Counted from the stretch's first letter, positions 26,538 through 34,745 are shown. The stretch is 64,000 nt of DNA from Betaproteobacteria bacterium (GCA_021298815.1 JAJTHE010000031.1:21-64020), one strand, 5' to 3'. Numbers and translations: made by a program. Notes: generated by a model not told the origin, from the letters alone.

Positions 26538-27443
26538 CTATTTCGTCTCGACCCCCGTCGGACGGAAGTAAGCGGTCGTCGTGGTGCGCCGTGCAAGCCA
26601 TGGCAGTTCCACGTTCTTGCCATCGGGCGTGGACACCTTCACCGTGCCCTTGATCTGGTCGCCGTTGACCTTGCCGGCGAAATCGTGGCGGGTGAGGCCG
26701 ACCCCGTCGAGCGTCATCTCGACCGAGAACGAGAAATCCTCGCCGCGCAGCCTGACATTCTGCAGGATGCCTCGCCGGTTGCCCGCGCGGGTCACGCCTT
26801 CGGCCATCTGGAAGCGCTGCTCGAGGATCGCATCATGGGTGAACGGGATGCCGTTGATCGTGCTCTGCCACGACCAGTAGCCCTCGACCTTCGCCGGGAC
26901 GATCCACAAACCGACCGAGGAGCCGGCTTCCTTGTCCCATTCGTCGGCCTGCCACGAACCCATGTCGAACAGGTGGGTGAGCACGCGCGTGCCGGGCCTC
27001 GCCTCGGCGAGGATCTTCGGGCGCAGCAGGCGCATCAGTTCGGGGAACAGCCACATGTTGATCACGGTGACGTCGCGGATATCCGCGTCGAACACGTTGC
27101 GGTGGTAGAACTGCACGCGGTCGGCCACGCCCTGCTTCTTCGCCGCTTCGTTCGACTGCCGCACGAGGCTCTCGTTGATGTCCACGCCCCAGCCGCGCAC
27201 CTTCGGGTTGTCGCGCGCGGCGGTCAGCACGATGCGCCCGTCGCCCGACCCGAGGTCTACGACGACGTCGTTGTCCTGGATGCGCGCGAGCTTCACCAGC
27301 CGCTCCACCGTCGGCTGCGCGCTGGGCACGAACAGCGAGAAGCGCTCCTGCGCCAGGGCACCGGTCGCGCCGGCCAGCAGCATGGATGCGGCCACCAGCC
27401 CCTGCGCCGCACGAACCATCGAAAAACGTCCGTTCATGTTCAT
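26538..27443 (-). CDS. exported class I SAM-methyltransferase-like protein, paralog F (subfamily II)
   Basis: Sec-type signal: MNMNGRFSMVRAAQGLVAASMLLAGATGALA|QERFSLFVPSAQ. VVVDLGSGDGRIVLTAARDNPKVRGWGVDIN; MWLFPELMRLLRPKILAEARPGTR; VPAKVEGYWSW. C-terminus: PWLARRTTTTAYFRPTGVETK. Confidence 0.85.
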   Translation of the reverse strand: MNMNGRFSMVRAAQGLVAASMLLAGATGALAQERFSLFVPSAQPTVERLVKLARIQDNDVVVDLGSGDGRIVLTAARDNPKVRGWGVDINESLVRQSNEAAKKQGVADRVQFYHRNVFDADIRDVTVINMWLFPELMRLLRPKILAEARPGTRVLTHLFDMGSWQADEWDKEAGSSVGLWIVPAKVEGYWSWQSTINGIPFTHDAILEQRFQMAEGVTRAGNRRGILQNVRLRGEDFSFSVEMTLDGVGLTRHDFAGKVNGDQIKGTVKVSTPDGKNVELPWLARRTTTTAYFRPTGVETK

Positions 27444-27456
27444 CCTCGGATAGCAC

Positions 27457-28368
27457 TCACTTGATGTTGACGCCGGTGGGGCGGAACCACGATGCCGCGG
27501 TGCCGCGCCGCGCCACCCACGGCAGCTGCTGCGGCTTGCCCTCGGCCGGCGTGATCGTGACCGTACCGCGGATCTCCTCGCCCTCGACCTTGCCCGTGAA
27601 CGAATGGCGCGCGCGGCCGAAACCCTCGACCGTCACTTCCAGTTCGAACGAGATGTCCGCGCCGCGCAGGCGTGCCTCGGTCAGGTTCTCGCGCCGGTTG
27701 CCCACCCGCGCATGCCCTTCGATCTTCTGGAACTGCTGGCTGATCAGCAGGTCGTAGGAGCGCGCATCGCCGCCCAGCGGCAACTGCCACGACCACGCGC
27801 CTTCTACGCGCGCCGGCACGAACCAGACGAGGATCGGGCTCTGGGTGCCGTCGCCGCGATCGACGCGGTCCGGTTCCCAGTTGCCCATCATGTTCGCGTT
27901 GTCGATCAGTGCGCCGTTGATGATCACCCGGGTGCCCGGCCGCGCCTCGGCGAGGATCTTCGGCCGCAGCAGCTGGGTCAGGCTGCGGAACAGCCACATG
28001 TTGATCACCGTCACCTCGCGCAGGTCGACGTCGAACGCGTTGCGGTGGAAGAACTGCGCGCGGTCGGCCAGGCCTTCCTTCTTCGCCGTCTCGTTCGCCG
28101 CGGCCACCAGGCTGGCCTCGATGTCCACGCCCCAGCCGCGCACCTTCGGGTTGCTGCGCACCGCGGCGAGCACGATCCGCCCGTCGAACGAACCGAGATC
28201 GACGACGACATCGCCGTCGCGCAGGTTCGCCACCTTCACCATGCGGTCGATGATGAACGGGCTGCTGCCCGCCGGAAACGACCATTGCTCCTGGGCAAGG
28301 GCGACAGCCGGCAGCAGGGCACCGGCGATGAGAGCGACGCAGGCGCGCCGCAGGATGTTCAGGCGCAT
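27457..28368 (-). CDS. exported class I SAM-methyltransferase-like protein, paralog G (subfamily II; degenerate G-loop)
   Basis: The RBS GGAGG lies 5 nt upstream of ATG 28368. Signal: MRLNILRRACVALIAGALLPAVALA|QE. The G-loop is VVVDLGSFDGRIVLAAVRSNPKVRGWGVDIE (Gly to Phe). VPARVEGAWSW. C-terminus: PWVARRGTAASWFRPTGVNIK. Confidence 0.85.
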   Translation of the reverse strand: MRLNILRRACVALIAGALLPAVALAQEQWSFPAGSSPFIIDRMVKVANLRDGDVVVDLGSFDGRIVLAAVRSNPKVRGWGVDIEASLVAAANETAKKEGLADRAQFFHRNAFDVDLREVTVINMWLFRSLTQLLRPKILAEARPGTRVIINGALIDNANMMGNWEPDRVDRGDGTQSPILVWFVPARVEGAWSWQLPLGGDARSYDLLISQQFQKIEGHARVGNRRENLTEARLRGADISFELEVTVEGFGRARHSFTGKVEGEEIRGTVTITPAEGKPQQLPWVARRGTAASWFRPTGVNIK

Positions 28369-28381
28369 TCGGCCTCCATGG

Positions 28382-29323
28382 TCACTTGACGGCCAGCCCC
28401 GTGGGCTGGAAATAGGTGGTGCTGGTACTGCGCGTTGCACGCCACGGCAGGTCCACGGCCTTGCCACCGTCCGCAGTCACGCGCACCGTGCCCTCGATCG
28501 TGCCGCCCTTCACGGTGCCGCGGAACTCGTGCAGCACCGACACGCCGGGATCGAGCGTCATGCGCAGCCCGAACGAGACCTGGTCGCCGCGCAGCTTGAG
28601 GTCGGTGAAGTTGCCGCGCCGGTTGCCCACGCGCACGATGCCTTCACCCACCTGGAAGCGCTGCTCGACGATCGAGGCGTAGTTCATCGTCTGCCCGCCC
28701 ATCGGCAGCGACCAGTTCCAGAAGCCCTCGATCTTCGCCGGGACGATCCACAGGCTGATCCGGGCGTCGGCACCGGCACCGCCGAACTTGTCCGGGGCGA
28801 AGAAGGTGAGCTGCTCGTCGGGTTCCCAGGTGCCGAAGCCGAAGTCGTGGCTGACGATGCGCGTGCCCGGCTGCAGCTCGTTCAGCAGCTTGGGGCGCAG
28901 CAGCCGCATCAGTTCCGGGAACAGGTACATGTTCACCACCGTCGCCTTGCGCAGGTCGACGTCGAACACGTTCTGGTGCATGAAGCTCACCCGGTCGCCG
29001 ACGCCGGACTTGCGCGCGATCGAAGAGGCCAGCTCGACCAGTTCCGGGTTGATGTCGACGCCGAAGCCGCGCGCCCCGTGCAGCCGGGCCGCAGTGGTGA
29101 CGATCCGCCCGTCGCCCGACCCGAGGTCGACCACCACGTCGGACTTGCCGACGTTGGCCATCTTCGCCATCGCCTCGGCCACGCTCTGCGGGCTGGGCAC
29201 GTACAGCGAGAACCGCTCCTGTGCCTGCCCCGGCTTCGCCCCGGCGAGCAGGCCGAGCAGCAGTGCACCGCAGGCTGCCAGCGCCGTGCGCCGGCGGTGC
29301 GGGGCGTGGCGTCGTTCGGTCAT
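28382..29323 (-). CDS. exported class I SAM-methyltransferase-like protein, paralog H (subfamily II, first gene of the H-to-C run)
   Basis: Signal: MTERRHAPHRRRTALAACGALLLGLLAGAKPGQA|QERFSLYVPSPQ. VVVDLGSGDGRIVTTAARLHGARGFGVDIN; MYLFPELMRLLRPKLLNELQPGTRIVSHDF; VPAKIEGFWNW. C-terminus: PWRATRSTSTTYFQPTGLAVK. Confidence 0.85.
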   Translation of the reverse strand: MTERRHAPHRRRTALAACGALLLGLLAGAKPGQAQERFSLYVPSPQSVAEAMAKMANVGKSDVVVDLGSGDGRIVTTAARLHGARGFGVDINPELVELASSIARKSGVGDRVSFMHQNVFDVDLRKATVVNMYLFPELMRLLRPKLLNELQPGTRIVSHDFGFGTWEPDEQLTFFAPDKFGGAGADARISLWIVPAKIEGFWNWSLPMGGQTMNYASIVEQRFQVGEGIVRVGNRRGNFTDLKLRGDQVSFGLRMTLDPGVSVLHEFRGTVKGGTIEGTVRVTADGGKAVDLPWRATRSTSTTYFQPTGLAVK

Positions 29324-29561
29324 TGTGTTTCCGCTGGCAGGCTGTGCGTTGCCGTTCCCCTGTTCGTCTGGCATTTCCGATCGTGTTCCCGTGGCTTTCG
29401 TCGTCGTGGCGTATGGTGGAAATCGTCGGTCCCGTGCGTGCGGCACCGAAACGCGCGGAGCGCAGTTTGCCTGCAACCGCGCAGAAAGTCAGTCCGTCGA
29501 ATGCATTCGTCCCGTGCCGGCAGCGGACCTGACATCCGGACGACGCCCGGCCGGGCATCCG

Positions 29562-29581
29562 GGGCGGTTCCCGCGCCGCCC
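29562..29581 (-). terminator. GC-rich hairpin in the 270-nt spacer separating the two paralog runs
   Basis: Minus strand reads GGGCGG-CGCGGGAA-CCGCCC, about 12 nt after the paralog I stop. There is no U-tract, so this is only a candidate. Confidence 0.2.
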
Positions 29582-29592
29582 GGCAAGCCGGC

Positions 29593-30522
29593 TCACCGCA
29601 CGGCGGTCCGGCGCGCCTGCCAGCGGGTCTCGACGCCGCGGTCGTTGCGCGCGATGCCGCCCATCGTCTCGCCCTCGACCCGGCCCTCGAACTGCCAGGG
29701 CGCGGCTGGCGGCCCGCCGGCGCGCACCGGCAGGGCGACAGTAAAACGCACCCGCTCCCCGGCCAGCCGGGCATCGCGCACCTCGAGGACCTGGCGTCCG
29801 AGGGACAGTTCCGCATCCAGCACCTGGTGCACCTGCTGCAGCCGCAGCTCGGCCGGCACCGACGGCAGGCTGTCGGCCGGTGCTCCCGACCAGCTCACCG
29901 CCCAGCGGCCATGCACCTCCGCCGGCACGACGTACAGGAAGACCGTGCTGTTGCCGCCGCGCCCATCGTTCTTCTCGGGCGCGAAGAAGGTTTCAGACGC
30001 GTCAGCCTGCCAGCCCTCGAACGGAAAATCGTGGCTCACGATCCGGCTGCCCGGCCGCAGCTGGCGCAGCAGCACCGGGCGCAGGCCCTGCACGATTGGC
30101 GGCAGCAGGTACAGGGTGACCACGGTCGCCTTGCGCACGTCCGTGGCGAACACGTCGCCGCGCTCGAAGCGGACGCGGTCGCCGACGCCGGAGGCAGCCG
30201 CATTGCGATTGGAAAGCTCGACCAGCATGGCATCGAGGTCGACGCCGCCGCCGCTGGCACCGAACTTGAGCGCGGCGGCGATCGGGATGCGCCCGTCGCC
30301 GGACCCGAGGTCGATCACATGGTCGCCCTTGCCCACCGAGGCGATCGACAGCATACGCATCACGGTGTTGCCGGGCGTGGTGATGAACGGCGAGAACGGC
30401 TTGTCGTCCTGCGCCCGGGCGACGCCGGCCACCAGGGCCGCCGGCATCGCCGCGGCTGCGGGCAGCAGTCCGATGGCGCGGACCAGGCGCCTGCGCGGGC
30501 AGCGGTGCGCCGCGGCGCCCAC
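29593..30522 (-). CDS. exported class I SAM-methyltransferase-like protein, paralog I (subfamily I)
   Basis: GTG start directly abuts the paralog J stop (0-nt spacer). Signal: CPRRRLVRAIGLLPAAAAMPAALVAGVARA|QD. SPFITTPGNTVMRMLSIASVGKGDHVIDLGSGDGRIPIAAAL; ATVVTLYLLP; LRPGSRIVSHDF; VPAEVHGRWAV. C-terminus: RWQARRTAVR. Confidence 0.8.
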   Translation of the reverse strand: MGAAAHRCPRRRLVRAIGLLPAAAAMPAALVAGVARAQDDKPFSPFITTPGNTVMRMLSIASVGKGDHVIDLGSGDGRIPIAAALKFGASGGGVDLDAMLVELSNRNAAASGVGDRVRFERGDVFATDVRKATVVTLYLLPPIVQGLRPVLLRQLRPGSRIVSHDFPFEGWQADASETFFAPEKNDGRGGNSTVFLYVVPAEVHGRWAVSWSGAPADSLPSVPAELRLQQVHQVLDAELSLGRQVLEVRDARLAGERVRFTVALPVRAGGPPAAPWQFEGRVEGETMGGIARNDRGVETRWQARRTAVR

Positions 30523-31464
30523 CTAGCGCGTCCCCGCTGACGGATCGATCGACGCGGCCCTGCCGCCGGTACGCACCGCTGACCAGGGTGAGGTCTGCTC
30601 GACCCTGTCGAACGTTCGTACCGTGCCTTCGATCGTTTCGCCGCGGGCGCGGCCGACGAAATCATGGCGAAGCGTGCGGCCATTCAGCTCGACGGCCGCG
30701 CTGATGCGCACGTCCTCGCCGCGCAGCGTGGTGAGCGATACGTTCATCGGCCGCCCGGCCGCGGTGCCGCGCACCTCGAGGTCCTGCAGCCGCTGGCGCA
30801 CCGCCACCTCCACCGGCTGGCCGCCGGGCAGCTTCCACTGCCAGTTGCCGGAGACGTTGGCCGGCACGATCCAGAGATAGACATAGCTGACCCCCGGGTT
30901 GCCGACCTGCTTCTCGGGCACCTGCATGGTGACCGATTCCTCGGCCTGCCAGTCGCCCATGTTGTAGTCGTGCGACACGATGCGCGAGCCGGGTCGCAGT
31001 TCGGCCAGCAGCTTGGGACGCAGCTTCAGGTTCAGCTCGGGCAGCAGGTAAAGCGTGATCACGCTCGCGGCGCTGACGTCGGTCTCGAACATGTTGCGCC
31101 TGATGAAGGCGACACGATCGGCGACGCCCTGCTTCTTCGCGTTCTCGTTGGCCTGGCGCAGCAGTTCGTCGTCGAGGTCGAAGCCGCGGCCGCCCTTGGC
31201 GCCGAACTTCGCCACCGCGGTGATCAGCTGGCGGCCGTCGCCCGACCCCAGGTCGATCACGAAGTCGGACGGACCGACCCGGGCCATCGTCATCATGCGG
31301 TTCACCACCACCTGTGGCGTGGGCACGTAGACCACGTCGCCGGCGCCGGTCTGGGCACGCAGCAGCGGCGCCAGGGCCGCGGCGCCGGTGCCTGCAGCGG
31401 CCACCGCGACGGCGGCGAGCAGCCGCCGCCGCGAAGGATCGGCTTTCGAATGACTGGAATCCAT
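30523..31464 (-). CDS. exported class I SAM-methyltransferase-like protein, paralog J (subfamily I)
   Basis: The RBS GGAGGT lies 6 nt upstream of ATG 31464. Tat-like signal: DPSRRRLLAAVAVAAAGTGAAALAPLLRA|QT. VVYVPTPQVVVNRMMTMARVGPSDFVIDLGSGDGRQLITAVA; ASVITLYLLP; LRPGSRIVSHDY; VPANVSGNWQW; PWSAVRT. Confidence 0.85.
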   Translation of the reverse strand: MDSSHSKADPSRRRLLAAVAVAAAGTGAAALAPLLRAQTGAGDVVYVPTPQVVVNRMMTMARVGPSDFVIDLGSGDGRQLITAVAKFGAKGGRGFDLDDELLRQANENAKKQGVADRVAFIRRNMFETDVSAASVITLYLLPELNLKLRPKLLAELRPGSRIVSHDYNMGDWQAEESVTMQVPEKQVGNPGVSYVYLWIVPANVSGNWQWKLPGGQPVEVAVRQRLQDLEVRGTAAGRPMNVSLTTLRGEDVRISAAVELNGRTLRHDFVGRARGETIEGTVRTFDRVEQTSPWSAVRTGGRAASIDPSAGTR

Positions 31465-31484
31465 GCAGGTACCTCCGGAAGCCT

Positions 31485-32408
31485 TCACTTGATCCTGGAT
31501 GCGGCGAACGCCGTCGTCGCGGCGATCGTCGACTCGATGCTGCCTTCCATCCGGTCGCCGTCGACCCGGGCGCGCACGATCGCACGACCGGCACGCCCGC
31601 CCGGCGCCTCGACCGGCAGCGCGAAGCGCAGGTCGAGACCGCGGAGCGAGGTCGCGTCGAGGCGGCGCGCAGCGCGCCCGGCCGCGGCGAGCGTACCCTC
31701 GAAGTCGTTCAGGCCCTGCTGCAGCGACAGCTCGACGCGATCGAAGGCCGGGTTCCCCGGCGCGCTGACCGTCCAGCGTCCGTCGACCCGGGCCGGCACC
31801 AGGAACAGGTACACGGTCGCGTCGGGCACGCCGGTGATCGCCGCCTTCTCCGGCACGTCGAAGGTGACGTGGCTTGCCGCGCGCCAGTCCTCGAAGTGGT
31901 AGTCGTGGGCGACGATGCGCGTGCCGGGCCGCAGGTCGGTGAGGAAGCGCGGGCGCAGCTTCATCATCATCCACGGCAGCAGGTACAGCGTGAGCACCGT
32001 CGCCTCGCGAACGTCGGTGTCGAAGATGTTCCGTTCCTCGAAGCGCACGAGGTGGCCCACCCCTTCCCGGGCCGCCGTGTCGTTGGCCAGGCGCACGAGG
32101 TCGCCGTCGATGTCGACACCATAGCCGCGCGCGCCGTGCCGCTTCGCGGCGGAGATCACCAGCCGGCCGTCGCCGCAGCCGAGATCCATCACGAGGTCCT
32201 GCGCGCGGATGCCGCCGGCACCGATCATCTGGTCGACCACCGGCCAGGGCGTGGGCACGTACGGCCCGCCATTGCGGTCGAGCGGCTTCTTCCCTGCTGG
32301 CGCCTGCGCCAGCAGGGACATGGCGCCGGCTGCAAGCCCGGCACCGCCTGCCCCGGTGGCAAGCGCGAGCAGTGCGCGCCGGCGGGTGCGGATGCGGGCG
32401 GCGTCCAT
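31485..32408 (-). CDS. exported class I SAM-methyltransferase-like protein, paralog K (subfamily I)
   Basis: The start overlaps the paralog L stop (TGATG). Tat-like signal: IRTRRRALLALATGAGGAGLAAGAMSLLA|QA. GPYVPTPWPVVDQMIGAGGIRAQDLVMDLGCGDGRLVISAAK; ATVLTLYLLP; LRPGTRIVAHDY; VPARVDGRWTV. Confidence 0.85.
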   Translation of the reverse strand: MDAARIRTRRRALLALATGAGGAGLAAGAMSLLAQAPAGKKPLDRNGGPYVPTPWPVVDQMIGAGGIRAQDLVMDLGCGDGRLVISAAKRHGARGYGVDIDGDLVRLANDTAAREGVGHLVRFEERNIFDTDVREATVLTLYLLPWMMMKLRPRFLTDLRPGTRIVAHDYHFEDWRAASHVTFDVPEKAAITGVPDATVYLFLVPARVDGRWTVSAPGNPAFDRVELSLQQGLNDFEGTLAAAGRAARRLDATSLRGLDLRFALPVEAPGGRAGRAIVRARVDGDRMEGSIESTIAATTAFAASRIK

Positions 32409-33346
32409 CAGCTGCCGCGCACGTAGGTCCAGGCGCCCTCGGGCCCGGGTTCGGCGGCCACGGTGCGGACCATCCGGAACGGCGTCTCGCTGCGCCGGCC
32501 TTCGGTCTCGGTACGGAAATAGCCTTCGATGGTATTGCCCTTCGGATCGGTGCCGCGTGCGACGCGCCCGAAGAAGCGGCGGAAGGTGAACTGACGGTCG
32601 ACCTCTTCCATCATGATGAAGGTGAGACCGTCGCCGGCGAGCCGGATGTCGCGCAGGCCGACCTTCGCGCCATCGGCCTTCACCTCGGCGTCGATGTCCT
32701 GGAAGCGCTGGCGGAACACGATCTCGTGGTTGCGCGTGCCCGCGCCGGGAAGGTCGAGCCGGGCCGTCCAGGTGCCCGCGATGCGCGCCGGTATCCACCA
32801 GAAGTAGACATGGCTGCCGTAGTCGCGCAGCCGGATGTGCAGGTCGGGCTTCCAGTCGCCGAGGTCGAAGTCGTGCGACACGATGCGCGTGCCCGGCCGC
32901 AGTTCCGCCAGCAGCTTGGGCCGCACCCGCAGGTTCACCTTCACGCCCAGGTAGAGCGTCACCACCGTCGCCTTCGACAGGTCGGCGTCGAACAGGTTCC
33001 GCTCGGTGAAGCGCACACGGTCCGACACGCCGGCGACCTTCGCCAGCTCGATGCTTTCCTGCACCAGCGCCGGGTCGATCTCGTAGCCGATGCCGGGTGC
33101 GCCCCAGTCGCGAGCCGCCGCGATGTTGATGCGGCCATCGCCCGAACCGAGGTCGACCACGAAGTCCTTCGGCGTGACGTTCGCGATGCGCAGCATCGTG
33201 TCGATCAGCGTGAAGTTGGTCGGCGCGAACGGCACGTCGAGCTTGAGTTGAGCAAGCGCGCTGGCGGGCAGCACCGCGGTCGTGCCGCCGGCGGCGGCCG
33301 ACAGCGCGGCGAGCAGCGAGCGGCGGCGGGGATTCGGCAGCATCAA
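32408..33346 (-). CDS. exported class I SAM-methyltransferase-like protein, paralog L (subfamily I, first gene of the L-to-I run)
   Basis: Tat-like signal: MMLPNPRRRSLLAALSAAAGGTTAVLPASALA|QL. VPFAPTNFTLIDTMLRIANVTPKDFVVDLGSGDGRINIAAAR; ATVVTLYLG; LRPGTRIVSHDF; IPARIAGTWTA. Confidence 0.85.
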   Translation of the reverse strand: MMLPNPRRRSLLAALSAAAGGTTAVLPASALAQLKLDVPFAPTNFTLIDTMLRIANVTPKDFVVDLGSGDGRINIAAARDWGAPGIGYEIDPALVQESIELAKVAGVSDRVRFTERNLFDADLSKATVVTLYLGVKVNLRVRPKLLAELRPGTRIVSHDFDLGDWKPDLHIRLRDYGSHVYFWWIPARIAGTWTARLDLPGAGTRNHEIVFRQRFQDIDAEVKADGAKVGLRDIRLAGDGLTFIMMEEVDRQFTFRRFFGRVARGTDPKGNTIEGYFRTETEGRRSETPFRMVRTVAAEPGPEGAWTYVRGS

Positions 33347-33559
33347 CCGGGTTCGATGAGGTTCGGGGACGGGAAGAAGGGCTTATCGACCTGGTCAGTT
33401 TAACATGCAGGCTGTGCCGGCCAGCGCATGGACGGCATCGATGCTTCCCCGCGCCACCGGGCACGCTCGCCCGCGGCACACGCCTGCACGGGCCGGCATC
33501 GCGGCGGCGGTCGCCGCGCCCTGAAGCCGGCGACCGCAGGCGACGATCACGGGCAGCGA

Positions 33560-33578
33560 CCGGCCTGCTTCAGGCCGG
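33560..33578 (-). terminator. 8-bp hairpin overlapping the cupin stop codon
   Basis: CCGGCCTG-AAG-CAGGCCGG on the minus strand; tight 3-nt loop and no U-tract. Confidence 0.2.
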
Positions 33579-33875
33579 CATGACCTCGATCTCGACGAAC
33601 GTGAACTCGAACGGATTCGGGTTGATCACGTTGTGGCTCACCCCGACCTGCCGGGCGTAGGACACGCCGGCGGTCAGTTCCACCTCGCGCACCCCTTCGG
33701 GTTCCTCGAGGCGCAGGCGGCCGGTGGTCATCGGCACCACCACGTAGTCCATGCCGTGCACATGCTGGCCGGTTTCGGCGCCGGGCGCGAACCGCCATTC
33801 GGTCACGCGGAAGCGACCGTTGTCGACCTGCACCGTCGGCACGGCTGCGGGACGGGCGTCAGGCGACATCGGCAC
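33570..33875 (-). CDS. small cupin-domain protein
   Basis: 101 aa: FRVTEWRFAPGAETGQHVHGMDYVVVPMTTGRLRLEEPEG...VGVSHNVINPNPFEFTFVEIE, a single cupin barrel with G-x-H-x-H. GTG start at 33875; an ATG two codons in is an alternative. Confidence 0.75.
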   Translation of the reverse strand: MPMSPDARPAAVPTVQVDNGRFRVTEWRFAPGAETGQHVHGMDYVVVPMTTGRLRLEEPEGVREVELTAGVSYARQVGVSHNVINPNPFEFTFVEIEVMPA

Positions 33876-34034
33876 TCCGTCGGCGGCGTGCGACCAGTCC
33901 CGGCAGGGCGAGGCCGGGAACCAGCAGCGCGAGGGGCAGCACGAGGGCCGCGAGCAGTTGCTTCATTCCGGGATCTCCATGGACGCGGCCCCGCGACCAG
34001 GGCCCGCACGTCGGCTAACCTAGCAAAAATCGTG

Positions 34035-34745
34035 TCATCGAGATAGCCCGCCCCCGCCGCCGGTCGATCCGTCCGGAACGGCGCGGCGGCGCCCGGGCGC
34101 TGGCCCGGGATAGCCGCTCCATGCCGCAACCGTCGTCGCGCTCGCCATGTAGAGCGGATGCCGCGGGTGGCCTTCCCGCGTCAGGCCGAGCACGCCCAGC
34201 ACCAGCCCCTCCTGCCGCAGGCGCGACGCGACCCGCCGGCCACGATCGGCAAGCGCCCCGTGCACGCCCCAGGCGCAGACCACCTGCCCGGCCTCGCGCG
34301 CCATCGCCAGGATCGCCGCGTCGTTGCGCCGGCCCACCGGCGACGGATGCGCATAGAGTGCCCGCGGGTCGGTGCTGCGCAGCGCGAAGATGTTCGCCAC
34401 CAGCAGCCCGCCGAAGCCGTTCGCCCGCGCACGCCGCTCGCAGCGCTCGACCGTCGGATCGTTGCGCTCCTCGTCGGCGGTCGACGGATTGAGCATGATC
34501 ATCAGCAGCGGCGCACGCGACAGGTCCCAGTGGCGCCACAGCCGGTAGCGATACTGGCGGTCGCGCGAAAAGGTCGCGCCCGAGGAGATGCGCGCGGCGG
34601 CGCCCGGCCCGGGGTCCCCGGACCGGCCATCGCCGCGCGGCGCTGCCGCGCTCAGCGCGCCGCGAAGCAGTACAGCCGCCCGTCGCCGCCGGTGCTGCGC
34701 AGCGCCTCGATGCTGCAGGCCTTGGACGGGTGCGACGAATTCCAT
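34035..34745 (-). CDS. DUF1643-domain protein (start uncertain)
   Basis: The core FSRDRQYRYRLWRHWDLSRAPLLMIMLNPSTADEERNDPTVERCERRARANGFGGLLVANIFALRSTDP...VVCAWGVHG...LGLTREGHPRHPLY matches the DUF1643 pattern. The only canonical in-frame start is ATG 34745, which overlaps the upstream gene by 94 nt. Confidence 0.6.
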   Translation of the reverse strand: MEFVAPVQGLQHRGAAQHRRRRAAVLLRGALSAAAPRGDGRSGDPGPGAAARISSGATFSRDRQYRYRLWRHWDLSRAPLLMIMLNPSTADEERNDPTVERCERRARANGFGGLLVANIFALRSTDPRALYAHPSPVGRRNDAAILAMAREAGQVVCAWGVHGALADRGRRVASRLRQEGLVLGVLGLTREGHPRHPLYMASATTVAAWSGYPGPAPGRRRAVPDGSTGGGGGLSR

